Assembly: GCF_016432865.1 (NCBI RefSeq)
Contig: NC_067403.1
Coordinates: 36,332,001-36,396,000, forward strand
Origin: Antechinus flavipes
Lineage: Eukaryota
Reading direction: 5' to 3'
DNA length: 64,000 nucleotides
Each line of letters begins with the position of its first letter. Position 1 is the stretch's first letter. A program made the translations under genes and the position numbers. Below are positions 33,791-48,677 of this stretch, in pieces. The notes under the pieces were generated by a model. That model was not told the DNA's origin. It searched no databases and saw only the letters and a program-made list of their open reading frames with translations.

Positions 33791-35609
33791 ATAGCAAAAT
33801 TGAAATATGGATGAGAAATGTTTTCTTAAAAACCTTTTTAAGTCCCTCCATAACTTGGTATCTTCTTGTCTTTCCAGCCATATGCTGGAATCAAATTGAA
33901 CATCTCTGACCTCAGAGTTGCAAAAAGGGGCTCACTCATGTGCTTGCATGTTGCCAATGCCTGTTAGTCTGTCTGATTAATTTTTTCAAGTCCTTTAAAG
34001 CCCAAATCCAAAGAAAACCTGATAAAGTTGATATTTGTTGCCTCAAAGACTTTTGTGGAACAAAGCTCTTGCAGATGGCAACATGTTACATGAATGTCAA
34101 TTACTTCTATCCTCTCAGTACTTGGTAATTCTAAGGCACTTGGGTAATACTGCAGTGATAGCCAAGTGATTGATAGGATTTTACCCCTTTACAAGAATTA
34201 ATTCCTGGAGGCCAGCGGCCATCTTATATAAACTGCAGCCCTGAGTAGGCACTTTAATAGTTGCAGTATCTTAACTATGTAAAATGAAATTTGTTTATTC
34301 TATTTTGCAGAAGTGCACTGAACAAAATTTTCATGCAAATTCAAATGCACAAAATCAATTCTTTGAACATTTGGACAATTTAAGCTAGAAAATGATGCAG
34401 AACTCTGGTTTAAACAGGAGTCAAGGCTGTTTTGCAATAAATAAGCTTTTGGTAGTAATATGATAAAAGTGTTCAGCATAGTACCTGCCACATGAGTACT
34501 TTATAAATGCTTTTAAAATTTTATCTGAATGGCCTAGGGGAAAAAACTTAAAATGAAAGTCTTTACTGGATAATTGAGTATTAATTATTTCTCTATGAGA
34601 AAAAACCCAGATCTTAAATGCCAGTAATACTGGCTGTGTGACTTTGGGGAGATGACCACTGTCACTGTGCCAAGCCCTTCTCTCCCCCGGGGGCTTCTCA
34701 GAGAATCCTGAGATGCTGCTGTGGAACAGTGGCAAAGAGAGTATTCTACAGCCTGTATCATCAGAGATTGCAGTTTTTTCATTGAGTAGGGTTCCATTGT
34801 TAAGAGTTGATTTTCTCCAGGCATTTCACTACCCCATTAAGCTAAGAAGTAGGAAAATGAAACAAGTTCAGCAATTTTAAATACTGCTTTCTAAAAGTAT
34901 GTTCACCATTTTGGTGTTATTTAGACTTCTATTATATTCTTATATTAACTTTATTGGGCTTTGGTAAGCTGGAGCAGTATCTTACATGATTCTCATAACC
35001 CTGACATACAGGTATTATAATTCCCATTTTACAACTGAAATAATACTTTCATTTGATAATTTTTAAAAAATATGTGAATATTAATAATTAGTATCTAATT
35101 TGTACAAAACAAGTTTACATGTTCTCAATCAGTACAAGGTGTAATTCTTTAAGCTATTCAGGCCCATTGCTTAGAGTATGACTAAAATAAAATTAGTAAT
35201 TAATAATTTTCTGCTTTTGTAGCAATTAGCTTAGATGAAGTTTACTGAGGCAACAGGATTAAGAAATAGTTTATAGAAAAAAGGGTCATGAAAATCTTCA
35301 TGCCACCAAGCTCCTTGGACGTTCATGTGAAGAATCTCATGGCCTAGCAATTGCAACTTCATATGAATAGGATACATTTTGAGAATTTGCTGTTAATGCT
35401 TGTTTGTTTTTGTTGTTGAAAAGTAATTTCCCACTTACCAGTTATCTTGGACAGTTTATAACACAGCTCACTGCTATTATATCATTTTGGATTTTATATC
35501 CCATTAGAATGAAGATTTCAGTTTTTCCACCCCCTCACCTTTTACAGAATAGGAAGCATGACATAAAGAACCAGATAATCATTTTTTTCCCCTTCACGGC
35601 ACCTTTTGT

Positions 35610-35755
35610 TTCATTTATTCATTTATTTATCAGAGCAATTGAGGTTAAGTGACTTGCCCAAAGTCATATAGTTATGACATGTTAAATGTCTGAGGCGGGA
35701 TCTGAATTCAAGTCTTTCTGACCTCAGAGCCAGTGCTTTAATCTACTGAGCCAGT
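35610..35755 (-). mobile_element. WSINE1-type SINE (diverged)
   Basis: gcaattgaggttaagtgacttgcccaaagtcat...tgaattcaagtc...ctactgagcc. Confidence 0.75.
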
Positions 35756-36524
35756 CCCAACAGGGCACCTTTTGTAAGGGCCTCTTCCAACTTAGTCTTA
35801 CTTCAGCAATTCTGAAGAATCCTGGCAGTTAGAAGCAAAACAAAAACTTCACTTGAAGGAAGCTATTTGTAAGTAGAAACTGTTTCACTGAAATAAAGGG
35901 AGGCATTTCTCCTAGAGATATACAATATTTTTGTTGGAATATAATTGTAGATTAGTAGGAAGAAATTAATCTTCAAGTCTTAGAATAGAGGCTTAATTTT
36001 ACCTAACTGTACTAGTTTCATTTCATTTATTCAGTCTTTGACTTAAATCCAGTAATTTCCATGATATAACTATAATACCTTGGATTTTTGCTTTCTAAAC
36101 ATAGAACAATTAAGAATTTTTAGGGAAATGATCCTAAACTGATTCTGAAACTCACATTTCATATAAAGTAATTTACTATTGTAAATTTACTGTTGTAAAA
36201 ACAGTAAATGTAATTTACTGTTGTAAAAGCAACACTAAAGCTAATTCCATGTTTTCATATATATCTTCAAAGAATACTTTGTTTCAGTTTTGGGAAAAAA
36301 AAGTGATTTTAATTATATTCTAGAAATATTCTGCTCAATATTCATTAGTTTGAACGAGTTTAACATTATGTTATAACTATATTTTTGGTCTGTAATGAGG
36401 TGTAAGAAATCATTTTACAATCTTTTAAAATAAAAATGAAAAGAAAATGAAGTCCACTTAATGTTGTAAAAATCTTAAGATAGTTATAAAATGATTTAAG
36501 CACTAATTTTCAAAATAATACACT

Positions 36525-38434
36525 GAGTAAGAGATACAATATTTTTATTTTAACAAAAACAAACAAAAAAAAAAAAGAGTCAAAGGAAGAGAGAAAATAG
36601 GAAATGGAAAGAGATGATGGGAGTAAGTGTAACGCACCACTAAATAAAACCACCTAACCTTCAGTAAATAGTTATTAAATAATTAAAAGAACACCATCTA
36701 CAGTACCAACAAGCCATCAAAATAATTCAATTTTATCAGGGTCAAAAAAAATACAGTGATTATGAATGTGCCATGACCAGTTATAGAACTTATAAAGGTA
36801 ACATAACTACTGTCAGCAGTCCAACAGCGCGCACAGTGCCTTCGATGAATGCATTTCAGCATAATTACATTTCTGGTGGGGTCCTCTTCCCCAAGAAAAG
36901 GCAAAGCTAAGAATTTCATTTCTACATTCTAAACTCTGGAATCACAGAGCCTGGGTTTTTTTTTTTTTTAAAAAAATCACAGTGGGTAAGAGATGCATAT
37001 AAAAAATACAAGGTGTTCCTTTCAAATCAGAGGAATTGTGGGACTACATTCATTTCTTTTACAAAATGCTTAAAAAAAACCCCAACAGGTACAGTTCATA
37101 TTATACTACAGACTCAATGGATAAGTCTATTGCATGTTTTGGTATCCATCCCCTGTGGTCCTGTATTTGTCTTTTTCTTCTGCAGCCCCAGTTTCCTTAG
37201 TTGTCACATAAGTCCTGAATAAACATCACTGCATTTGCACCTCTTCAGCAGACAACAGGATCTGCAAGTCTTATGTTTCTACCACCAGTGGCCACAATTT
37301 TTTTCATTAGCTTTGTACACCCATTCTTGTATAACAGTGCATTGCACAAATGTACAAGAAAAATACTGGTTTTATTCTATACAGTTTCTAGAATATTTAC
37401 AGAATAAAATAAGTTAACTTTTTCTAGTGAGAGTTGCTGATGGGCAGCATATATCTTTAATATACATTTTTAAGTCTCTGCAGGCAGCTACTTTGGTTAG
37501 TTGTTATCAATAATTGTAACATAAGCACTGATCAGAGAACTGAGCAGCATTCCAATAAAGTTAACAGATATATTATTTCTTTTAGAAATTCTGGGAAAGC
37601 CCAGTTTTAAAATATTATTTAATGTCCTAACATTTACACACTATGAAGAGTTAGATCTAATAAAATAAAATTTCTTCAAAAATAATTTGCAGTGCTCTTT
37701 TAGGCATGCTCTGAGACTTTTATCAACAAACATCCATACTTGGAAAATGGGACTGTCACATATCCATACATCCTAACTCTCGCACATACAAATCCTTATG
37801 CAGACAATACAAAACAAAGAAAAGAAGTCCACCACACATGACTGCAATCCCCAAACATTAAGAAGTCTTTTTTTTTTTTTTCAAACAGTCTTTTTCTGTT
37901 GATGTCTGACTGCACATTCTTCGTGTAGATAATTAGGTCTCAAGTGATGATTATGCTTGTGATTGCTGGAAAGACAGGAAACCTTGCAGGTTTTCAGCTA
38001 AAATAACCCAGCCTTGATTTCAGCCTCATTCCACCTGCTTTTCGTCGTTTCAAGATTAAAGAAACATTATTGCAACTACTCATAGAATTATTTTCTTACT
38101 GCAGAAAATAATGCGTTTCTGTGCATCGCTTTTAGCCCTTTTTTTTTTTTCTTTCATGTAGTTTATTTTGTGTAATTTTAAAAAAGTTTACTACTGTACA
38201 GAGTTATTAAGTGAAGTGATGGCAGTCAGTAAGCATTTTTTTTTTTTTCCTTCAGAGCTTTTGTTTTCAAGTTCGTAATTTCTTATTTTGATAAAATTCT
38301 ACATTGGTCACCAAGGTTGTGGATGCTGCTGGAAAAGGTATTAATTATTTGCAACAGTTTGTGAAAGGTGCTTGATAAAAATTCTGAGGTACCCCTCAGC
38401 TTTAATCTTGTTCATTTCTAAGCAATGAAGCTTC
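36525..38434 (-). other. FRYL: Probable FRYL 3'UTR (~1.9 kb) ending after AATAAA at 36549-36544
   Basis: Repeat-poor AU-rich sequence. Minus-strand AATAAA is followed ~20 nt later by CA and a GT/T-rich tract. The endpoint is inferred, not proven. Confidence 0.5.
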
Positions 38435-38707
<273 letters not shown>

Positions 38708-39303
38708 TTAAATAAAAAATAAAGCAACTATGGTTAAGTATTTAACTTACTATTTAAAAAATAATTTACAAGTTATTATGTTTTTCAACAATTAACTGTT
38801 ATAAGGATCTATTTCTTAAATATGGGAAGACAGGTGTTTCTAAAAAGTTCACATTTTAGAAAAGATTATGGTGAAAATCTTTCACTTTCAAAAATGACAT
38901 GTATGCAGCATTAATCTATTATCATATTTAAGTGGGCTGTGTAGAAATTTTATTTTCTTATGTATATGTGGTTAAGGAACCTGGGCAGGCTCATAAAAAT
39001 TCATATAACATATGCTACAGAGAATAAAACAGGATGATACAATAGACTATAGATATCCAGAAAAACAGCAACTATTTTTCTTACCAGCAACCCCAGGTTT
39101 TTGCCCCTGGTTCTCCCTTCAGATTTCAAAGTGACACTTTTCCTTTTGCTTAGCAGGAACCTCATCTGACAGATCAGTCAACTTTGTTCAACCCCTGTCC
39201 TCTACACTACTGAAGCCCAGAAGGACAGCATTAAATTCCCAGTGGTAAGTCTAATTTTAGCCTTACTCCAAAAAACTCACTTTCAAATGATTCTATATTT
39301 TAC

Positions 39304-39497
39304 CTGAAAGTTTTGACTTGTGCTACTGCTGCCATAAACTCTTTATTTCTCAAAGTCTCAATGAGAGAATGAATGGCTGTTTCTATGGTAGCCTGTGCAG
39401 CCTCTGACACATCATTTTCTCCAATGTTCTCGGAGGCAGCTTCGGCCTCCTGAAGAAAACTCTCTAACTGGGCAAGTTCCTCTGACATGTTAATGAC
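39304..39497 (-). CDS. FRYL: FRYL penultimate coding exon
   Basis: ttttag|GTC; reads VINMSEELAQLESFLQEAEAASEN...HSLIETLRNKEFMAAVAQVKTF; ends AG|gtaaaa. 194 nt, phase 0/2. Confidence 0.96.
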
Positions 39498-39958
39498 CTA
39501 AAACAAATAATCAGTTATAGTAGTTATAAACTTTACAGTAAAAAACTGATTTCATTTAAACATTTTTTTTGTTTCAAAATGGTTCTTTAAAAATACCAGA
39601 TTTGAATATTACCAGATTTTCCCAGCACAGTACAAATCAAATATATGTGCTCTTTCTATAACTTTATAAAATGTACTGTGAAGTTAGATACTCTTCACAG
39701 AACAGGATCATATCATTTTAAAGATAAAAATACAAGGTATTATGTCTACTAAGAATGCAATTTTAGCAGACATGTCAACTTGGCATTTCATAATGAGAAA
39801 AGTAAGGCCCTAAAAAGTCATTTAGTCAAAGCTATTCAAATAGTAAGTGGTAAAGCCAGAATTTATTTTACTACCCCAGAGGTTATTACATGTATAATGA
39901 AGTATAGGTTTAATCCTAACTTTAATTTGTATGGTAACCATGAAATATTTCAAAATTA

Positions 39959-40087
<129 letters not shown>

Positions 40088-40871
40088 CTAGGAATAAGCA
40101 ACATTACATTAAGATTTAGGAATTATTTTTCTGTAAATATGACAAGACATGTTTTAGCCAGCTTTTCAGCAAAGAATTTGCAAATAGTTATTTGTTTACT
40201 GCAGAGAAGGAAATGTAGAAAATTTTGACAAGTTAATAGGGTGTAAAGCTGACTAAAGGCAGATGAAAGATGCTTAGGGAATCTCAGTTTATAATTAATA
40301 ACCACTGATACAGGCTATTTTATTTTAAAGTTTATTTTGAGAATGAAAGCACATTTCCAACGTAATAATAATGTTGGTCCACCAAGGCCATATGTAGAAT
40401 GCTTTAAAAGGTGCAGTGCCCATGTAATACTTAAAATTATAAGTTATTTTCCACTGCAGAGAAAAAATTCTTCCCACTGCATTTACTTACAGCTGCCTGA
40501 CAGCAAACAAAAACTAAATTAATTCTTACTCAGAAGTAAGAATAATCATTTCCTTCTTTAAACTGATTTTTATCAATTCCCCCAAATTTTGTATCCTCAT
40601 TGAAATAAGAAAGTGATATTAACATTTGCATTTTAATAATTATTAAATTTTTCTTTTAAAAAGCCACTGCTAGTTAGATTTAATGATGAAATTCCACAAT
40701 CAATGTAGGAACAACATTTCATGGGTTAGGACTATGCAAAACTTAAGCACACACTATTCTTAAGGTAGTCTATGACAAAAACATTGCTATGTCACAAATG
40801 GGCAAGAGACAGAACACCAGTTTTTGTCTGACATGGTTAAGTAATTCTATAAATCAAGACAGTTCACTTAC

Positions 40872-40889
40872 TGCTAGAATTTCCATTTG
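40872..40889 (-). CDS. FRYL: FRYL 18-nt microexon (QMEILA)
   Basis: ttcttgcttag|CAA ATG GAA ATT CTA GCA|gtaagt. Frame-preserving, and it supplies the QMEILA peptide recalled between TDAQ and ELELCRR in human FRYL. Confidence 0.88.
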
Positions 40890-43350
40890 CTAAGCAAGAA
40901 GGTGAGCGGGTCACAAAAAAAAAAAAAATACAAAGGAAGAAAGAGACCAAGAATTAGTGTAGGAAATCATTTTAAGTAGGGTCACAGATGTCCCAGGTAA
41001 ACTGAAAGAAAGACATTTATTCCCATAAAGAAAATCATTAGAATGAAACTTTTTTTTTTGTTTTGCCAAAAAACAGAATTTGACAGTCACAGTGAAAGTT
41101 TGGTGTACTGTTATTTAAATACTTAAAATATAAAGGCCACCAAGAGTAAAATAAAATTATAAGACTTAGACCACTCATAAATTATCATGAATAGTATCAG
41201 ATAGATTCTTTTTTTTCTAGCTAGGTTTTTGAAAGTATTAAAAAAAAAAATCAGGAACTAAAATGAAATGAAGTCATTTGCTTTCATTTACAGAGAATAA
41301 TTTTAAATTTAAATTTTTATGTAAATGGTGTTTCTCTTATAAAGTACTTCAATGTTACAAAAATGAATAATCTCTTAAAATGTTTAAGTATTTTCCATTA
41401 ATATATGTTTATGCTGGTTATTTACATTATCAAGTGAAGATGGGATTTCCTAAACTTCAAGTTTCTGTTATCATATTATCACGAATATAGGGCATCCCAA
41501 CACAGAAGCCCTTTCAGAATTTAAGTGAATTACTAGTGTAGTCTGAACCACTGAGAACATATCATATGCAATATTTAGAGATAATTCATTTTACTGGGAT
41601 TATCAACACCTGCCCAGGAAATGAATTTACATTTTCCTATTTTACATTTTCTCAGTATTTGTATTTTCAATTCTTTATAAAACATCAACAGAATAATACA
41701 GAACAGTGAACAGTCATTCTCATGTCTCTTTAAATGCTTCAAACAATGCATATTAGAAGAGGATAAATATTATCCAAATATACATATTTTAAATCCTACT
41801 CCTAAAAACTTCTTCAGGATAAAGTTGTTTTTATAAACATGTAAGAAATGTTTACTGAATTAAGTTATAGGAATTGTTAGTGTTCATTTTTTAGTGTTAT
41901 TTTCGCTTTTGATTACCAATTTTTTAGACTCTTCCATTTTTTTCAGAAAGCTCATATACAGAAATTTTGAAAAAATGAACATAATACTTGTAGGCATATA
42001 AAATGACAGCCTTTTAAAATACAGATAAGAACTTTAATTTATATGTTATAAGCTGACTTTCATAAAATAAGACAACCCAAGATTATTTTTAAAGCCAGGT
42101 GTATAATTTTAAAAGGGCAAAACAAATGTTATGAAATCAAGTTTCACAAATAAGTCAATTTTTGAAAATCCATTACATGGAGAGAACGACAACTCCTCCC
42201 CAATCAGCTCCTAAAAATAATAAGTGATTTGTATAATTTAACAAAAGCATAAGAGAATATAGCTTTGTCACATATCGGTTATTATCCTTGTTTTTAACAT
42301 TTTAAACAAATTTTCCTGAGCATGAGGACAGAAGCCATCCTTTACTTTAAATAAATACCTATTAGCCCGAATATCCCACATTCATAAGTTCCATGAATCA
42401 CTCCCAACCAGCATGGTTCCCAGTAAATAAGTCCCCCAGTTTTGCCTTTGCTGCCTGTTCAACAGCTGCCAACAGCTTTCTCTTCCCTCCTGCTATTGTT
42501 AACCTCATCCTTCCTTCTTCCTTCTCTTACCTGAAATTGTTCTCTTTAGCCTTTGTAACATAACTGTTTTCCACACAGCTTTTCAAAGAAAGTATTTCAC
42601 TCTGTTTTCTAATATGGAAGCCAAAAGTCAATGCTCCCACTGAACACCCCTGATCAATATATAAAATGGATTCTTTAGCCTAATTTTTCCTTCCAAAATA
42701 AGCAAGATGGTATTGGAGATGTTGAAAAAATGTACTTTTCTAGCCTGATCCAAACTCCTCAACACAGTTGTCATTAACAACATAATTTAATGTCTTTCAA
42801 TTGTTGAAAGCAAAATAGACAAAGCAGCTATCAGGTGGAATACACAATGTCCACTTATCATAGGGTTTTTAGTCCATTTGTATTTTTCACTAAACTTTTA
42901 TGTGAACAAATTGCAAAGGGTCCACCCAGAATTTCATCATCAAAAGAGCTATAATATAGTTCTACAGTGCTAATTTCAGGTCTGGTTTTTGGAGTAGACA
43001 ATGCATCTGTAAGGGACTGAGGCAGAATACTAATTCCTTTTCTTTTAGAGGCAGCTGCACTCAAAGCAGACCTGGGCTGACTGGTGCACAGATTTTTATC
43101 TAGCTTATCCACTGAATATTATTAAACTACATATCACAAACTGGTTGCTTACTTTTATTAAAGTGAAATTTTCATTACTAAGCCAATATTTCATGGGAAC
43201 CTAAGTTTCACAAAGATGATTCTGATAACTAAAATGAGAAGCTTTAGAAATATTCTTTATTATTTCTAAGAATATCAGACAAGAACTGGAACACAAGAAT
43301 TTTTTACTTGCCTTAGAAATATACCAAGAAAATGAGAATAAAACACTTAC

Positions 43351-43419
43351 CTGTGCATCTGTGTTATTTCTATACATGTTATCACCACCACCAAATGTCC
43401 TCTTGCAATTGTCTAACCA
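43351..43419 (-). CDS. FRYL: FRYL coding exon
   Basis: cctgtag|TGG; reads WLDNCKRTFGGGDNMYRNNTDAQ; donor |gtaagt. 69 nt. Confidence 0.93.
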
Positions 43420-43499
43420 CTACAGGGGAAAAAAAAGCCAAGTAACATTGAGTAAAAGGAGCTTCTCCCACACAGTGCCCCGCAGGCTACGGACTGTAG

Positions 43500-44100
43500 G
43501 AACACCGTCATTCTAAGGTGCTTACCGTACCTTCTTACAACTCTCTCAAGTAACTATTACTGTATAGCTTGATGGAATTTCATGATATTGAAGAGGAAAC
43601 TGGCTCAGAGAGAAGAAAAGTGACCAGCTCGGCAGCTAGGAAGGACTGGAGGTCGGGGCTTCCTGACTTCAAATTGAGCACGCTTTCCATTCTACCATAG
43701 GATTTGGTATATCTGAAAATATTCTGTGCTCTAGAGATGGACTGATAATTATTGCTTTTCTTTAAATGTTGGATAATGCATCATCAACAACTACACTGCT
43801 ACTTTTTTCCTTGTTGAATTGCAATAATGTTCATCCATATCAGGATAAATAATTATAACCGTTTCTCTAAAAAAATTGAGAGGAAATAAAGCTCATTTAG
43901 ATACATCATTTTACACTTTATGAAGTGCTCTTCTTTTAACAGCCTTGTGAAAGTGATAGTACAAATATTATCATTTCTATTTAGCAGATAAGAAAACCCA
44001 GGATTAGAGAGGTTAAAGTGACTTTTTCCAACTGGGGTCATGTAGAATGGATATGGTGAAAAGCCCAGTCTTCTGACTGACTCCAAACTAAGTGATGACT
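43500..44100 (-). mobile_element. Two MIR-type SINE remnants in a FRYL intron
   Basis: gaagaggaaactggctcagagagaag... and agataagaaaacccaggattagagaggttaaagtgactttt.... Confidence 0.55.
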
Positions 44101-47100
44101 ACTATGATGGATAACCTCCCCAGCTGAAAAGCTCTTGTGAAGACATCATTAAAGTCTACAGCTTTCAGGAAAGTGTTTTGCAATCACTGATTCAAAAAAT
44201 ATATATAGATTTTTAGCTTCAGAGAATCAAGCATATGGGAAATAATTAAAATTAAGAAGTCCATTAAACTTAAGGAATAGTATGGTTTTAGATGTAAAAA
44301 AACCACATTTCAAAGCATGTAAATATGACTTCATTTGGTTAAAAGTATTTCCTCAGAAGTATATGTTATTTCTCATAAAACAAACATCACAATATCTTAA
44401 TTTTATTTAGAATAAGTATTTTTGAAAAAACCAAATAAATATTTTATCTTTAGAATGTGAAATGTTGCTTAACATAAAATAAAGCTGACTAAAATTTTAT
44501 TTTAATTTTATTCAGTAACAGCAGGGTAATGTACACATTGCTGAGACTGAAGTGCCAGTTCAAACATGGTAAAGCTTTTTTGACCGTGGCTTCCTCCAGA
44601 CATAGATCAGTAAACAGTCCACTTTACCTCTGTAGATTTCATTGGAAATCTTCATGACCTATATCTAATCTTTGTGAGATGTAAGACTGGGAAATGAAAA
44701 ATGTGGTTTCTCATCTGGTCAATTTAATAAAGGCTACTGAATGAATTAACCAGGTCTGTTTGCTTATCAGAAGTGGAATTCTCTAAACACTGGTGTCACT
44801 TTCAATTAGTGACACAGAATCCAAGATCCATTTTAAATCTAGTAACAAAGAAAAAAATCATGGGTGTCAAAAAACATTTTAGCTTGAAAAATCCGATAAA
44901 GACCTGATGGTTCTTTTCTATGCGGTGAGTGCACTTTTTTTCCCTGCTCCTAAAGTTAGGCACATTTAACACTTAAGGAAAATGTATTATCAAATGTGAT
45001 AGGAGGAAAAAACGATAGTCATCAATTGGTTCAGTCCTATGTATATTCAAAATGTGCAAAACTATCGGAGCAAAATATCAAGGCATGGAAAAAAACCTAT
45101 TATAGTTAGCTGAAATACTTTAATGATCAACAAAAAATAACATTTTCAACCTCCATCTTAGTTTACAATATGTAAAGAATAGGAAATGAGGCTTGATTTC
45201 TGTTATTTCAAAAGAGTGCTTTTGACCAGACTGGACCTCTACCCCAGACATTCAGAATGAAGTGGTCCTTGGGCTATTTTCTGACAGCATCACTGAAGAA
45301 AAACATGTTGTGCACTCCTATTGAGATAAGGCTGACAGAAATTATTGTCAAATGCCAGCCAGTAGATTTCTTAATATCAGCCTGCAGAGCAGACATCTAT
45401 CACAAGATTATGCATTATCTTTATTCATAGAACTGCTTTCTAACAGAATCATGATGCTAGGGGAAGTTTTTGTTTTTGTGTTTTAAAGCTATCATTAATA
45501 GCAAATATACGAATAGTAAGAGTTTTAAATCTCTTAAAAAATCATGTTTCCTGCACCCCAAAATAATTTCAATCCTTTGTAAAATAATTTACATCACCTG
45601 TTCAAAATACATACATGCACTGTATTCTCATTATGCTGATTCTTGTTTTGCCCTCTCCTTCCCTACCGCACCCCCTGCACCGGCCCCAGGCCCTGCCAGG
45701 TCAAGAGATAATTTGAGTCTGGCAGATGCCAGGGAGGGATTCAGCCAAGCCCTGGGGAAAATGACTCGGTGACCGCAGGCAGGCCACTTAAGCTCTCTGG
45801 GGGGCTTATTTGAGGTTGAATTAGATGATCTCAACTTTCCCTCCCAGCTCCAGATGTATGAGCTGATACAAGAAAAGCTTCTGTACTATGGGCACTGAGG
45901 GGAATGTGGAAAACAGCTGGGTGCTGCCTTGCAAAGTCAATTCACTAAGTCTCTATGTCAGGTGCTCAAGATTTCAATCAAATTTCTTTATTCAACACAT
46001 TCCCTAATCATGTTGATGTGTCTGCTTAAAAAAAATCAAGTAACTATATTTCAAGAACTACAAATGTACAGAAACTGAGTGGCATTAGGCCATAACACAA
46101 CACACTAGAATATAACTGCTACTTCCCTTCTAAAAATTGAGGGGAGGTCAAACAGGGAAGGAACACATCCTTAGGAAACCTAAAATTAAGCCTTAGAGAA
46201 CAGATTCAGCTGCATCCCTGAAGCTGTTGTAGATTACTACAACTCCAGTGGTTCCTAGACCTGGAGGATCAGATATCAAATCCTTTGTCCCTTCTTCCCT
46301 TTCCATCTTCTTCCACAGACTCTACAGCCCAGTGATAATGTCTCCAGACTGCTCTTGCTCCACACATTCCACCTCCTGATTCAGTGCATTTTTCCTGGCT
46401 GTCTCTTGGCCCTGGCATTCTGTTCTCCTCCTCTTCCAAAGCTTCCTTCAAGTTGCAGCTAAAATCTCAATTTTTCTAAGATTTTCTCGATCCCACTTAA
46501 TGCTAAGTGCTTTTCTTTGGAGATGATCTTCAATTTATTGTGTCTATATTATGTCTGCACAGCTCTTTGTACATTGTAAGCTCCCTGAAAGAAGGTCTGC
46601 TTTTGACTTTCTTTTTATCCTTAGTACTTAGGACAGTGCCTGGCACAGAGCTGACACCCTAAGAACACTCTCAGATATTAATAAGACCTAGAGGGAAGTC
46701 TCTGGAACATGAGGTGAATCATCTATGAAAAGGACAAAAATTAACGCAGAACCAGGAAGCATATGGATAGTAATTTGCATTGATGGAGAGATGACCCACA
46801 TTGGTGAGATCATAGGAGACATTCATTTTCAGAATACTGAAAAAAGCCAGGAGTCAGTAATCTATGCTATCAATCTTTCTCTTAGTCACACATACAGGGA
46901 AAGTGCTCGCAATCCAGGAGTAATACTATTATTGAGAATTTCATTTTCTTAAATATTCTGAAAGTCACATTCCCTCCTTTAATCAAATGAGATATATTTG
47001 TCAAGCATTTAGCACAATATCTGCTGTGTGGCACTATATAAATGATTATTGCCTTCTCTCTCCCTTTTAAGGAGTTTATTTCCCCATTCTCAGCTATGTA

Positions 47101-47391
47101 ACTACCAAGCAAGTAGGTAGTTATCCTGCACTATTATATATGTACCTTTAAGGAGGGTACTAAAGTAGTAATCAAGCATTAGAAAGGCCTAACTTGGAGA
47201 CTGTTCAGTTACAAAACCTTAGTATCTCCCAGTGTATCCAAGTAAATTGGCAAAGGGAATGTGTTTGAAAAGCAGTAAAGACCCAAGAGATTAGAGTCTA
47301 GACCTAACATCCAAGGTATTTCGCTGCCCTTTAAAATTTATGGCCGAGGGCACACCAACAACTACCCTTGCTGTTATAGTAAAATATGCTA

Positions 47392-47721
<330 letters not shown>

Positions 47722-48677
47722 TTAATCCCATCTCCATGTTCAAGCACAAGATTTTGGAGTTCCTATTTCTGGCAGCGCCACCAACTAAGTTGTACAAGGA
47801 AATTCCCCCCCAAAATGGTTAGAAATGGAAACTGGGGGCATTAGATATTCCATGCCAAAGGAGTCAAATCATATGAGGGGTGAGATCATCACAGATGAAA
47901 AATTCAACCAAACTGAGAAGTCTCAAATCTGGAATGGGAAGAGAGCTACGAGAGAATTGAGTTTCTGATGCATTATCATAATTTATGAAAATGAGGCTGG
48001 CAAAATAGGTGCCTTAAGGCAGGCACTCATTCTTATTGTGAATGACCTAAAGGTCGGATATAGGACATGGGAACATAGATAAGAATGCTAGGTACCTAAT
48101 TGGGAGTAGAAACAGAGAATGATATATAAAAGCAAATGCAGGATGGCAAAGACAAATTTTACCTAGGATTTACTCGTATACCCATTCATTTTCCCCAAAG
48201 TACTGAGAGGAAGGTCTATGGAGGACCATTTTAGAGTCCTTCTAGGATAATGTACTGTACCACAGGAGAATAAACACTGGAGAATAAACAGTGGTGCGCT
48301 TAACTTTGCAGTGTGACTCTGGACTTTAATACTACCTACTTATATGCCAATAAAATAAAAACAAAAATAAAAAGATTTCCTATTTCTAGGTTACTAATAT
48401 TTTCTCTTAAAAACAATATATATATACACACAACATATATACAAAATCTGTATGAAATAAATACAAGATAATCTGGGGAAGTAAGAATTAGCAATCACTG
48501 TAATCTGAAAGGGCGCCATGGAAGTGGTAGAAAATGAGTTAAATTAAAAAATGGCAAGATAAAGATATAGATTGACCTCCCTCCATCCCCCATTACAAAA
48601 TACTGCTATTGATTTCTAAGATTTTTCATTACATGAAGTTTTAATTCTTTATATTAGGCCCAGTTGTATCATTTTAC

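Noticed and set aside
42531-42679. Possible extra FRYL exon (149 nt, open frame, strong CAG|GTAAGA donor)
   Set aside because: The acceptor lacks a polypyrimidine tract (ggaaggaaaaattag), the length would shift the frame, and the flanking exons already join in phase.
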